Below, piece by piece: positions 26,704 to 39,620 of a stretch of 64,000 nt of DNA. The position numbers and the translations under genes are program-made. The stretch is from positions 15,811,103 to 15,875,102 of the forward strand of contig CM119268.1 of NCBI GenBank assembly GCA_051294375.1, written 5' to 3'. The notes beneath the pieces were generated by a model. It was not told where the DNA came from. It did no database searches and saw only the letters and a program-made list of their open reading frames with translations. Source of the stretch: Paraspadella gotoi (taxonomy: Eukaryota; Animalia; Chaetognatha). Position 1 is the first letter of the stretch; each line of letters begins with the position of its first letter.

Positions 26704-28656
26704 TCATTTATTTTATTTCTTTAATTTCTTTATTTCTTTATTTCTTTCTTTCTTTTCTTTCCTTGATTTTTTCTTTTTTCATTATTTCATCTTTTTCTGT
26801 TTAATATTTTCCAATTTCGGTTCCTTTTTCATCTCTCAAACGCCTACTACAAAAACTTTTCCGAATAATATAATTTTTTTTTCTGGACGCCAAGAAACCA
26901 AAATCTCAACTTCTCAAATACGATATGAGATTAGAATAAGATATGGGAAGTTTTTCAAACAAAGACCTTTGAGTATATTTTTTACCGAAAGTTTAAAAAA
27001 ATAAAAAATAACAAAGTTATTCTGAATTAAGCATTTTCAAGGACCGTTTAATCTTTTAAACTAAACGAGTCGTGAAGCCTTTAAACCCTTATCTAACACC
27101 ACATGATTCGTTAACGTCGGTATAGCAGTTATTGATTTAAGCAGATTTTTCAAGAAGCATACTACATCAAACTCTCAAAAGAAAAAAAACTGAAAAAAAA
27201 AAACCCCACGTGAATCGAGGGCCTATAAATTTTTCACACTGTCTACAGGTAAACAAGATTTAATAAGCTCCCCATTCCACTTGAAGCGGATGCCGATAGA
27301 AGGGTCTTCAGAGACGGTTCCCTCCTCCCCCTCGACGCCCCCACTCCTCCCTCTTTGCCTCTCGCTCCATCTCATCTCTTGAGAAGAAATTTCAAGAAAA
27401 ATCTGGACCTTGTTAAATTATCTTAAGGTAAATGGGAAAATAAAGGGGGAAGGCTCGAATTTCTCAAAGGTAAAAAAAATTCATCTCATTTTATCGGCGA
27501 AAGATGAAGAGATAACGGGGTTTTTGTTTTTATCGAAGAAAAGTCAAAGATATTTAATACTTTTTTCAAAGTTTTTTTTTTTTTAAATATCAAACAAACG
27601 TTAAGAAATGAATATTTTCTTCGATAAAAACCGATAACAAAGACGACAACAAAGTATAAGATTCTATTTCCATGGATTAAAAGAAAACGATGACTTGTCA
27701 TGGATACAAAATCGATGCAAAGCAGACGACGATAACGACAACGACGAAGACGACGACGAATATAATGATAAATTTTCGTGTAATCGAAAGCCAATTACAA
27801 AATAGTTACGGTCTTTTGAATTGCCTCCGTTATTAGAAAAAAAAAACCCAAAAAAATGTATTCCTTATATTAAGCTTAATCTTAGTAGTTCTTAATTAGT
27901 TCTTACTTTTCATTCGTTTATATATAGGTACATCGATGTCTTCTCTCGTCTCGTACTCAGTCGACGTCATCCTTTAATCCCGTTGTTATTCTTTTCAAGA
28001 AAAGCCCCCTCCTATATAATGTCCATTGTTTTTCCCGCTATCTCTTCTTAATAAATAAACCGCATAGAAATTCTTTCAAGTGTGGTTGGCTTAAGACAAC
28101 CACCTGGGGACAGCAGGCATAAAGAGCGAGAGAGAGAGAGAGGCAGAGAGAGAGAGAGCGTTCAATTTCTTCGGTTGCTCCTCACCGCGCCGCATTAAAG
28201 CGTCTTCATTGTTATTCCTCGGCGTCGTGAGAAAAGCCTGAGAAGAAAACGCTTCTCGATGGCGTTCTCCTTTTGTTACTTAGACGTCCGTAATCCTCGG
28301 GAATCAAAATCACCGAACAGCGACATCTGAAGACAAAGGATAGAATTAGTATAAAAAAATAAAGAAAAGAGAATCTGAAGACGAATTATGGAGACATCCT
28401 GGAAAATGAAAAAAAAGAAGGATGCAGACTTGATTCTTATTAAATAAATAATAAATAAACGAAATGAGTTCAGTGATCCCAACTAATTCAATCATGCTCA
28501 CTAGTTTAATTTTCTGTACATTTCTTATCAAAACAGTAATTGGCAAATATTGTAAACGGGGACGAAAGTATTTTTTTGAATGGCTCAAAAATGTCTAGGG
28601 TCTATAAACAGTACTTTTTTATCTGTTTGTATGTATATTTCTTCTCAATCTCTCTC

Positions 28657-28694
<38 letters not shown>

Positions 28695-29309
28695 ACGTCC
28701 TTCTCTCTTCTCTCTCTCTCTCTCTCAGTCTGCCTCTCTCTCTCTCTCGTCTCATCTCTCTCTCGATAGAGAACCGGACTTTACGCAAGACAAAGGAGCT
28801 TATTATATTTAATGGCTAGAAAAAGTCAGAGGACCGTGAAAGGAGGAGGCAAAGACAAAGCCTCCGTCCTGCGAAGAAAATGAATTTAATTAGGGGCGGG
28901 GCGAAACGGGAAACGGGGGGGTGTTCGGGTGCTCTGGTGCTGCGGAACGGAAGGGGAAGTGGGGGGGGGGTGAACTCGAGAAAATGTTTGGATATCATAA
29001 AGAAATATTTTACCGATTAAATGATCATTAGGCTACAATAGGAATATACGAAAATTCACTTGGTGAAATGTATTACCCAAAACTGTTATCGTTCAAACCC
29101 TTTCTATGTTAAAAATAACTGATAAATGAATAGCTAAAGATGATTTGTTTGGTCCTGATTAAAATCTGTTATTTATTGTGTAATATGTTTAGTATATATC
29201 CACAGTTCTCAGCTTAATCTTTCTCTTCTTCGTCTTCGTCATAGTCATTATCATCATCTGCATCACCATCCATCCTTTGGCCTCGCGACGGGCATCACGT
29301 CATACATGA

Positions 29310-29359
<50 letters not shown>

Positions 29360-29362
29360 CCT

Positions 29363-29396
<34 letters not shown>

Positions 29397-29800
29397 AGCT
29401 CGTCTCTCATCTCTCTCTCTTCTCTCTCTCTCATCTCTCTCTCTCTCTCTTCTCTCATCTCTCACCTCTCAATCATTTTCCTCAATCTCCCCCCTTCCCT
29501 TTTGTTCTCCACCAGTTTTTCTCTTTCCTTTTTTAATAAGCGAAACCTCATTAATTTTTGTTTCTCCCTTTAAGAAAAAAGGCCCGTCACGTACCACCGC
29601 GCCTCTCGAGTCGGCCCGTCCTTTACACACCCCCCCCCTCTCCTCTTTCTCTCTTACGTGTATATTTGATCTGATTCTTTCGAATGTAATTTGAATATTT
29701 CTTCCTTTCTGACTCTTTCTCTCCTCCTTTGCTTCCTCTCCCCCTTAATCTTACGCCAGCGTTGACCACGACGGCGAAGAGGAGAGAAGAGAAGAGAGAG

Positions 29801-29840
<40 letters not shown>

Positions 29841-29862
29841 AGAGAGAGAGGAGAGAGAGAGA

Positions 29863-29913
<51 letters not shown>

Positions 29914-31208
29914 GGAGCGCGTTCACTGTCCCTTTTAATCTCTTCGTTTCTTTCCTCCTCCTATCTCTTTTTTTTTCGGACTTCTCTCTCTCTCATCTCT
30001 CTCCTTCTCTCTTCTCCTCTCATCTCTCGTCTCTCCCCTCTCTCCTCTCTCTCCTCTCTCTTCTCATCTCATATCTCGTTCTCTCTCTCTCTCTCACATC
30101 TCTCCTCTCCTCTCTCTCATTCTCCCCTCTCTCCTTCTCCCTGAAGTGTCCCTCTCCTCCGTCTCTCTCTCTCTGCTCCTCCTCTCACTCTCTTCGCCTC
30201 TCTCCCTCTCTCTCGTCTCTCGGATCTATTCGTTCTTCCTCTCACTAGATTTCTTTTTCTTTTTCTTTCCTCCTCGGGGAAAGACCGGGGAATAATTCTT
30301 TGTTGATATTCCAATTTCACAAGAACGAGATTTTCTCCCTGAAATTCCACTTTTAAAACGAAAAAAAAAACGACAGAAAAAAAAAAAAAAAAAAAAAAAA
30401 AGCAACGAGGGAAAAGGAACGTTTTAAAACGTTCCTCCTTTTTTTCGTTTTAACTTTTAACCTATAGTTTTTTTAGTAATATTTTTTATTCAACCTGTTT
30501 CCCTTTTTTCAATGTTTGATGCCGCATTGTTTTCGTGAGTTTTTACTGGTCAAAGATCGAGATGGTCAAACAAGTCATTTCAAAGAGAGTGAGAGCGCGT
30601 TACTAGTTTACTAACTTTTGTAGCGTTACCAACTTTTATGAATATTTTTTCAAATATCATATACATTTTTACTTTTTTGTATTTGTTTTAAGCCAAAATA
30701 ATTTCAATCATTGATTATTTCCCCTTTCTGGCGCTTCGTTTAAAAGTTAAAACACGAAATTCCCCGGAAAAAAAAAACCAAAAGTTTATTTTGGTTCCAG
30801 TGGCGAAATTCTATTTTGACCAATCGTTAACTAAACAGGAGGTGAAAGCAAAAAAGAAATCAGGGACGAAAATGTCGGGTCGAGGGACGAGGTAAGGTCG
30901 GGCGCGACTGGATTGAGCCGATTTATATTCAAATTTTAATTTAGCCGATTAGGAAGTAAATAAATTGAAAAATCAATTCGAAAAGAAAGATCAATGGTTG
31001 GAAAAATCGGTGGGGAAAAGTAATGAGAAAGAATTCGGGCGTAAAGGTAAGGAAAATGGGTGAGGGCTCGGACTTGAAAGATATAAGAGGGTGAGGTCTG
31101 GTTAAATCGACGATCGAAATGGCGTCGATTCGTATCAACGGTTGTCGAAGGCAGCTAAAAGATTTTAATGGTCATTTCAGAATTCGCGGAAAAAAAACCG
31201 CTCGTTAT

Positions 31209-31305
<97 letters not shown>

Positions 31306-31869
31306 GGCTAAAAAGATAAAATCCAGAGACGATATCCATAATTTTTTAAGGTTTTTCAATTTTTTCTCTAACGATTTTTCTGTGGCTTTTATCCTTTTAA
31401 TTTCCGTTCGATTATCAATCTTTGGTCATTTTGTTGGCATAAAATTAAAAAAAAAACCTTCTAATCGGGAAACACGCGCCTTTGATTTCACGCCACGCAA
31501 AGGATTCTATCTCTTGTTGTAGTTGTTGTTTTTTTTGTTTTTATTTTTATGTTTTGTTTCTCCGCCGCCGACATTAAAATTTAAATCCTCTTTGTTTTCT
31601 TACGGAAACAAAAAGCAGCAAAAATTCATCGAACGAACTGAAAGATTGAAAATGATTGAAAAGAGATATTTAGTCGGATAACTAAATATCTATTTGTTTA
31701 TTTATCTAAACTTCGATCACGATATCTTTCTATGCATATTTTTAGCTATTTTCTATTATATGTGCTTATCTGTCTAAATCCTCTCGCTCAGCGTTTGACC
31801 AAAGGAGTGAAAAATTTTAAGAGAGAGAAGAAGAGAAGACGAGAGAGAAAATGAGAGGGGTAAGGAGGG

Positions 31870-31911
<42 letters not shown>

Positions 31912-33772
31912 TGAAACCTTTCTCTTTTTTCCTCCCTTTATTTCCTCCTTCTGGTCATTTCTTCTTTCACTGGAGAGATTTTTTTTCATTTTAAACCTTT
32001 TCTTTTTCCCTTTTTTTTTAATTTCCACTATTTTTTTNNNNNNNNNNNNNNNNNNNNNNNNNNNNNNNNNNNNNNNNNNNNNNNNNNNNNNNNNNNNNNN
32101 NNNNNNNNNNNNNNNNNNNNNNNNNNNNNNNNNNNNNNNNNNNNNNNNNNNNNNNNNNNNNNNNNNNNNNNNNNNNNNNNNNNNNNNNNNNNNNNNNNNN
32201 NNNNNNNNNNNNNNNNNNNNNNNNNNNNNNNNNNNNNNNNNNNNNNNNNNNNNNNNNNNNNNNNNNNNNNGAGTGGCGCGAGAAGACGCCATGTTGTGGC
32301 AGCGCCGCGGCGACGCCGCTCGCGGCCGTCCCTGCAGCGCTTCTGCCGCCGTCGAGGCGTTGTCCACTTCGCGCACGACTTTTCCCTCCCCCCGCTTTTA
32401 ATCAGATGCTGCATCACAAGCCTCGGAGACGAAAGGAGGGAGGGAGTAGAAGGGGCGTGGGTGGAGAGTTGGGGGGGAAAAAAGGTAGGATGAAGGAGAT
32501 AAGAAAAAAAGTGGAAAGGTGGTTTTTTAAGGAAGACGGTCGGTCGGTCGGTCACGCACGAAGGAGAGGTGGGGAGAGATAGAGAGTGAATGAGGAGAAC
32601 CGCATCCCGCGCGAGGAAAGAAAAAGATGACAGGAGATGTGGAAGGGGGGGAGAGGGGGGAAAAGATTAAATAAAAAGAAATGAATGGGAGGAGGGAGAG
32701 ATATTTGAAACTGGCGCTTTTTTTCGTTTTCTCTCTTCGTCATTGTTGAGAAAATTACACAGGCTCGTATGTATGTATAATGGTTATCTAGCTCGCTGAT
32801 AAGAATACGTACGGTATAATTTATTTTGATGAAAATCCTCCATTCTAAGTGCTCTCTCTCTCTCTCTCTCTCNNNNNNNNNNNNNNNNNNNNNNNNNNNN
32901 NNNNNNNNNNNNNNNNNNNNNNNNNNNNNNNNNNNNNNNNNNNNNNNNNNNNNNNNNNNNNNNNNNNNNNNNNNNNNNNNNNNNNNNNNNNNNNNNNNNN
33001 NNNNNNNNNNNNNNNNNNNNNNNNNNNNNNNNNNNNNNNNNNNNNNNNNNNNNNNNNNNGCTCTGAGGCGAGAAATTCCCGCGCAAATGAAGCTGGACAT
33101 TGCAACGGTCACGCGCGCGAAGGACATCTTGACATTAAAGGCGCCACGTCTAACGTCGCCCGGAAATCGGATTTTGAGAGACGCGGATTTGACGTCGAAG
33201 AGACGCTAAAGGAATTAGTTCTTGCGATTGCGTCGGATTATGCATGTTGCGTGTCGCGATTGATGCATGGAGAATGAAATGTAATTTAATTTTACCTCAA
33301 AATATGAAAATGTATCTCGTTTTCTTCCAAAAATGATAAGGAGATCAGCTGAAAATAGCGAAAGATTAAAGCAGGGAAGAGGTAAGAAAAAGGTAAGGTC
33401 TATCGCCCACCGAGACCCGAGTCTGCCACCAACCCCTCAAATTTTCTGCTCCTCCTCCTCCTCCGGGTCCGGCTCTCCCTCGGTCGCCACGCGAGCCGCT
33501 TCTTGTTTATATTTTCCCAACTCCCATAAAACTCGTTATCCCAATGATAAAAGCCCCTGTCCTCGCCATATGGTGTGGGGGGCGGAGAAAAGAGGGAAGC
33601 GGGTTTTAGGGTGTTTTCGCGGGGAACGTTGGGTTTTGGGGGAGGGGTGTTGTTTGAGATACTTTGGGGGNNNNNNNNNNCATTAAATTTTTCTCTTTTC
33701 TAAACTTTCGTAATGCATAGGTTTTATTTCTACGGCCATGGAGAAAGTTTATGATACTGCTTTATGTCTGAT

Positions 33773-33916
<144 letters not shown>

Positions 33917-35450
33917 TTTGTTCAGGGTGCTTGGTTAATTGACAATCGGCTTCCTTTCTCTATCTCAATCTGGTAGTGAAAGTCATAACGGTGATTTTCG
34001 CCTTTGAAAAAAAAATCGTTGCGAACTCTGCCAAAAAATTTAAACACATGTGTGGCATGAACTATAAAGCCTGTCAGGGAAAAAGTGCTATCTATTAAAT
34101 TCCAATCAATGAAAAGTAAAACTTCGAACTTACGGAACTAAGTTTAAGATATGAATAAGGGAATCTAATTACGTCATGAACTTAATTCTCAAGATAGATT
34201 CACTTTCTAATTCGATAATTGGACATTAAACATGTATCGACATTCTATATTATTCTATATTTAATTTCAAATCTCAAGATAGGCTCACGCCTTAATTTTA
34301 GCTGTCATGGGTAAGGTCAGATATTCCAAATATTAAAATCTTTAAAACCTAATTGTTTCCCTTGGTCACTGATAAACACTCGACCCTCTTGAGTATCTTC
34401 ATTGAAAGGTATTGTTCTCAAATCTCGAATTCTCTCCTCAGTTCCAATTTTCATCTCAAAACGCAAAAAGACTTTTTTTTTCTCTCTCTCTCCACCATTG
34501 TTTACCCTTCAGTCGACGCTTTATGAAATATTTATTAATTTATCGAAATAAATATTTTTTTTTTCTGGACGAGAGGGACCTATTCGGTCTGAGACGGAAA
34601 TGAAAAGGATCGGCGAGGGCGNNNNNNNNNNNNNNNNNNNNNNNNNNNNNNNNNNNNNNNNNNNNNNNNNNNNNNNNNNNNNNNNNNNNNNNNNNNNNNN
34701 NNNNNNNNNNNNNNNNNNNNNNNNNNNNNNNNNNNNNNNNNNNNNNNNNNNNNNNNNNNNNNNNNNNNNNNNNNNNNNNNNNNNNNNNNNNNNNNNNNNN
34801 NNNNNNNNNNNNNNNNNNNNNNNNNNNNNNNNNNNNNNNNNNNNNNNNNNNNNNNNNNNNNNNNNTTTTTTTTTTTTCCATGGAGGATTTTTCATGGCGA
34901 AGCCGCGATATCGACGGAGCTCGTCTGTCAAATTAGAAAGACGAGTCTTAATTTTCCAAACGACGCAGAAGGCGGGAAAAAGCGAGGAACCGGTTGCGAT
35001 ATTTATAAAAGGAACTAAATTGTTTTTAAGTCTACTACTTAAATATATTTATTTGTTGCTCAAAGAGAAATTTTGATAAAATAAATAAATAAAAAAAACG
35101 AGAGATGATTTCGAACCGGCCCTGCTTCAACCCTGCCCCTCGAAACTTTTTTTTTTTACCTTCGCTAAATAAAAAAAAAATCTCATCTCTTCAGAGTAAA
35201 AGTTTTAATTCAAACCAAAAATCGCAGGAAGGGAAGAAAATTAAAGAAATCTTAGCTGAGAAGAATTAAAGATGCTTGAAAGTGGGGGAGAGGAGAGANN
35301 NNNNNNNNNNNNNNNNNNNNNNNNNNNNNNNNNNNNNNNNNNNNNNNNNNNNNNNNNNNNNNNNNNNNNNNNNNNNNNNNNNNNNNNNNNNNNNNNNNNN
35401 NNNNNNNNNNNNNNNNNNNNNNNNNNNNNNNNNNNNNNNNNNNNNNNNNN

Positions 35451-35486
<36 letters not shown>

Positions 35487-37429
35487 TATGCCGCCAAAGC
35501 CGATTCCCCGCGGCGGGCGGGTTGAAACCTACCGGATTCCCCTTACCTTTCAAGAAACAACCTTTCTTTTCGCAGATGATTTCGTAGATCAGTTTTCAGG
35601 ACGAAAGTTCGTAAATTGACAATAAATTAGAATTTGTTTGAAGTAATGTGAAATATTACTCGTTTTTTTGTATCGGACCACCTAGAGAGAATACCCTCGA
35701 GCCTACGTTGATGAAACACAATGCGGAGAACTGAAAGAGGGTTGGAAGATGCTTCGAGGTTGTACCTGTCAGATGCGGATAGCTTTCGACGGGATGCTGC
35801 AAGAGGGGGCGTTATTTCTAGCGCGTTAAACACGATCGTCAAATACTTTAACGAAAACCTATTTTTTTAGCGCTTGAGGAAAAAGGAACCACCTCCTTTG
35901 TNNNNNNNNNNNNNNNNNNNNNNNNNNNNNNNNNNNNNNNNNNNNNNNNNNNNNNNNNNNNNNNNNNNNNNNNNNNNNNNNNNNNNNNNNNNNNNNNNNN
36001 NNNNNNNNNNNNNNNNNNNNNNNNNNNNNNNNNNNNNNNNNNNNNNNNNNNNNNNNNNNNNNNNNNNNNNNNNNNNNNNNNNNNNNNNNNNNNNNNNNNN
36101 NNNNNNNNNNNNNNNNNNNNNNNNNNNNNNNNNNNNNNNNNNNNNNNNNNNNNNNNNNNNNNNNNNNNNNNNNNNNNNNNNNNNNNNNNNNNNNNNNNNN
36201 NNNNNNNNNNNNNNNNNNNNNNNNNNNNNNNNNNNNNNNNNNNNNNNNNNNNNNNNNNNNNNNNNNNNNNNNNNNNNNNNNNNNNNNNNNNNNNNNNNNN
36301 NNNNNNNNNNNNNNNNNNNNNNNNNNNNNNNNNNNNNNNNNNNNNNNNNNNNNNNNNNNNNNNNNNNNNNNNNNNNNNNNNNNNNNNNNNNNNNNNNNNN
36401 NNNNNNNNNNNNNNNNNNNNNNNNNNNNNNNNNNNNNNNNNNNNNNNNNNNNTCTCTCTCTCTCTCCTCCCTCTATCATATTCTTGTAAACCTAGACTTT
36501 TTCTTGTTCTCCCGGGAAAAGAAAATTTTTGGACTCCAAGAAGAAGCAAACGAAAGAGAGCACGATCGATCCGAGAAAAAAATCAAACGAAAAAAAATAA
36601 CAACAAGAAAAACAAAACGAAAAAAAAAGAACATCTGGACAACAGGTGAAGAAGGTTAAGATTTAAGAAGGCTTCAAAAAAGAGGAAGCAACTTTTTTTT
36701 TTTTTTCTGTATCGTTTTCTACGAAGAGAAACTTAGCAACTTGGCTCAAAAGAGAATTCCTCTCTCACTCTCCCTCTCTTTCTCGCTCGCTCTCTCTCCC
36801 TCTCTCTCTCTCTCCGTCTCGGTTGCGCGCGCCTCATTTCTTCCCTCGTAGATTGGTACATTTCTAAGAAATCGCTGCTTTTCTTCTTCCTCTTCCTCCT
36901 CCTCCTCCTCCTTTTTCCTTCTTCTCCCGTCGTCTTCTTCCCAAAAACTTTTTTCGTTTTCTTCTTCTTCTTCTAAGAAAAAAAAAATTGCCTCCTCCTT
37001 CTCCGCTCGGGACTCGCATCCTGGGATTTAACTTTAAGGATCTGGGAGATTTTTTTAACGATAAAAACTTGAAATACAAATTGAAAACAAACGTAAGAAA
37101 TTGGAAATAACAGATGACCTTGACTTTATCTCCTTCAATAAAAAACTGCAAAACTGCAAAATTTCTATGTCTTCTTTATTTTTGTAAACTTTTTTTAACA
37201 ATTATTTCAAATTTTTTAAAAAAATTTGGAAAATCAAACGCAAAATATGCGTTTTATTGGATCAGATTTCTTCGAAAAGAAATCAAATCCAAAAACCTAC
37301 AAAAAACTGTTTGCTTTTGATAAAAATCTTTCAAGGAAATTTTCTCGGTTAATTCTTCGATAAAAAGGAAGAGATAAAGAATTAAAAAAAGGAAATGTCG
37401 ATGAAAAGAAAAGTGAGGGAGAGAGAGAG

Positions 37430-37516
<87 letters not shown>

Positions 37517-38021
37517 AATAGATCTTAAAAAGGACGAAACCAAAAAAATCCCATCGACTCAGGAACCGAGATGAAAAAATAGAAGCAATTTCTATTGTAA
37601 TGAAAACAAATCGATGTTTTTTTCATACATGAAAAATTTGACAATGAATATAATAATGATTTAGATCGAGGTTTGAGGTTTTGAAGAAACATGTAGCCGA
37701 TTGCACTTTAATCTAGAGATCTCCGCATCAGTCAAAAAGTTCGTACAAGATTTTCGCAATTCCGATTTGAGGTGAAAAGCTTGGAATGTTCGTCCAGGTC
37801 CATAAACATCAATTTGATCACGGGTCAGAGGGGGGGGAGGGATACGTTTTGAGCTAAAACTTAAGAAGGACGTCAGGTTATTAAAACGTTGGTCCCAGCA
37901 GAGAACTATGCGCGAAATTATCCGCTCCGCACCCGCAGGGGAAGCCGCAGCCACGGCGTCGCCAGCAAATGCTCCTGCAACTCGAACCGTATTCGTAAAG
38001 ACAGGCGTCTCGCGGATGACC

Positions 38022-39577
38022 TCACGGCCATCCGGCGACCTCCTTCCGGCAAATGGGGCAAGATCCGGTCTCCAGCAACCAGGTTCGGACGCATTGGCCG
38101 TCGAACACGTGACCGCAATCGGGCAACTGAGTCAATTGTGCGCCCTCTGTGTGAGAACAAAAGGGCAAATGTTTATCGTGTTCATTCTCTTTGACCTGGA
38201 AAAGCTATCAAAAACCTTTAAAATCCGCGAGACAGATGGCGCAGGTCGTTTGAGTGACGAAAGCCACGGCCGGCGTCTTCGACGGGATACGAACCTCCGT
38301 CTCTTCCTCCTTTTCTCCATCGCCCGCCTCCTCCTCCTCCTCCTCCTCCTCGGCAACTGGCAGGCGAATCTGCGACCGACTTCGTCCCACAGGACTTTGC
38401 GGCGGCGTCGGCGTCGGCGTATCGATTCGAGGCGGACGATCGGTTTCGCCGCCTTCAAGGACGCCGCTGAAGCCCCCGTCACTTCCCACCTTCTGCCTCG
38501 TGAAATCGATGGTGGGCAGCGCCTCGATGACGTCGACGGGCAGACCAGGCGCCCTCGTCGTCGACGACGTTTCCAACTCCTCGAAGTCCGACGCCTCCAT
38601 CTCCATCGTTCGATCGACGAGGAACTCGAGCCAAAGGTGCGCCTCCGGAGGGAGGCTGTTGGCCGAGATGCCGGAGTCGTCGTCGTCGCTGACTGAAGTG
38701 TGTAAGAGGAGATGGGGTATGATAAAATAATTCAATTTAATAAAGAAACAAATTGTCATTAATTGATTCAGATTAACAAATTTAACGGGTCAGACCGACT
38801 GGTTAAGGTAAACTAGCAACTTTAATCGCTTTCCGCATTATTTTTTACAGATTGACTTACTCGAAAAGTTAAGTGTTTTTCTGTAACTCACTTTCAAAAG
38901 CGAGCCTCCCTCGATTATACCGACCCGGACGGACGAGAGACGTGAATATCCTCCTGTGCAGACTTTCGAAAAAGGCTTCGTTGGATTCGTCCGCCGGTTG
39001 GACCTCTGAACCCGAACTCATGTCCGTCGAATCAGGGGAAATAACCTTGGGGGTAAAAAGGGTCAAAGGTCCAAGATTCCAATTCTGCTGTTGTGGTCAT
39101 CATCATCTCACCTCCTCGAATCTCCTCTCCATCTCTTCCCTTCTCGTCGCCATCATCCACTCGTTCACCGCCGTCTCCCTCGCCAACTCTCTGTCCTGCT
39201 CCTCTAATCGCTCCAGCTCCGTTTGTCGCTCCAGCTCCTCCAACTCTTGCCTGACCTCGGCCAGTCGAAGACGATCCCGTCGCTCCAGGCTTTGCTCGCT
39301 GAGAGCGGAGCGCCGTCGAAGGCGTTGGAGCTGCTGGAATCGCTCCAGCTCTTCCACCGACTCCTCCATCGCCGACTCCAGAGCTTCGTTGACGACGCGT
39401 TGGCTCCGGTTGACGCGTTGATGCAGAGAGCTCAGGCGGTCCTTTGGATTCGACGTTTTTACAAATTCATTTCCTTTCCTTTCTTATTTCTTTCTCTGCT
39501 TTCTTTTTCTTCTTTCTTTCTTCTTTTCCTTCTTTCTTTCTTTCTTTCTTTTTCTTTCCTTTCTGTTCTTTCTTTCT

Positions 39578-39620
<43 letters not shown>

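Noticed and set aside
27250-33277. Isolated exon-like blocks at ~27250-27427, 28185-28400, 32271-32400 and 33060-33277
   Set aside because: Could be coding, but I could not link them by compatible splice phases or recognise any family, and gaps intervene.
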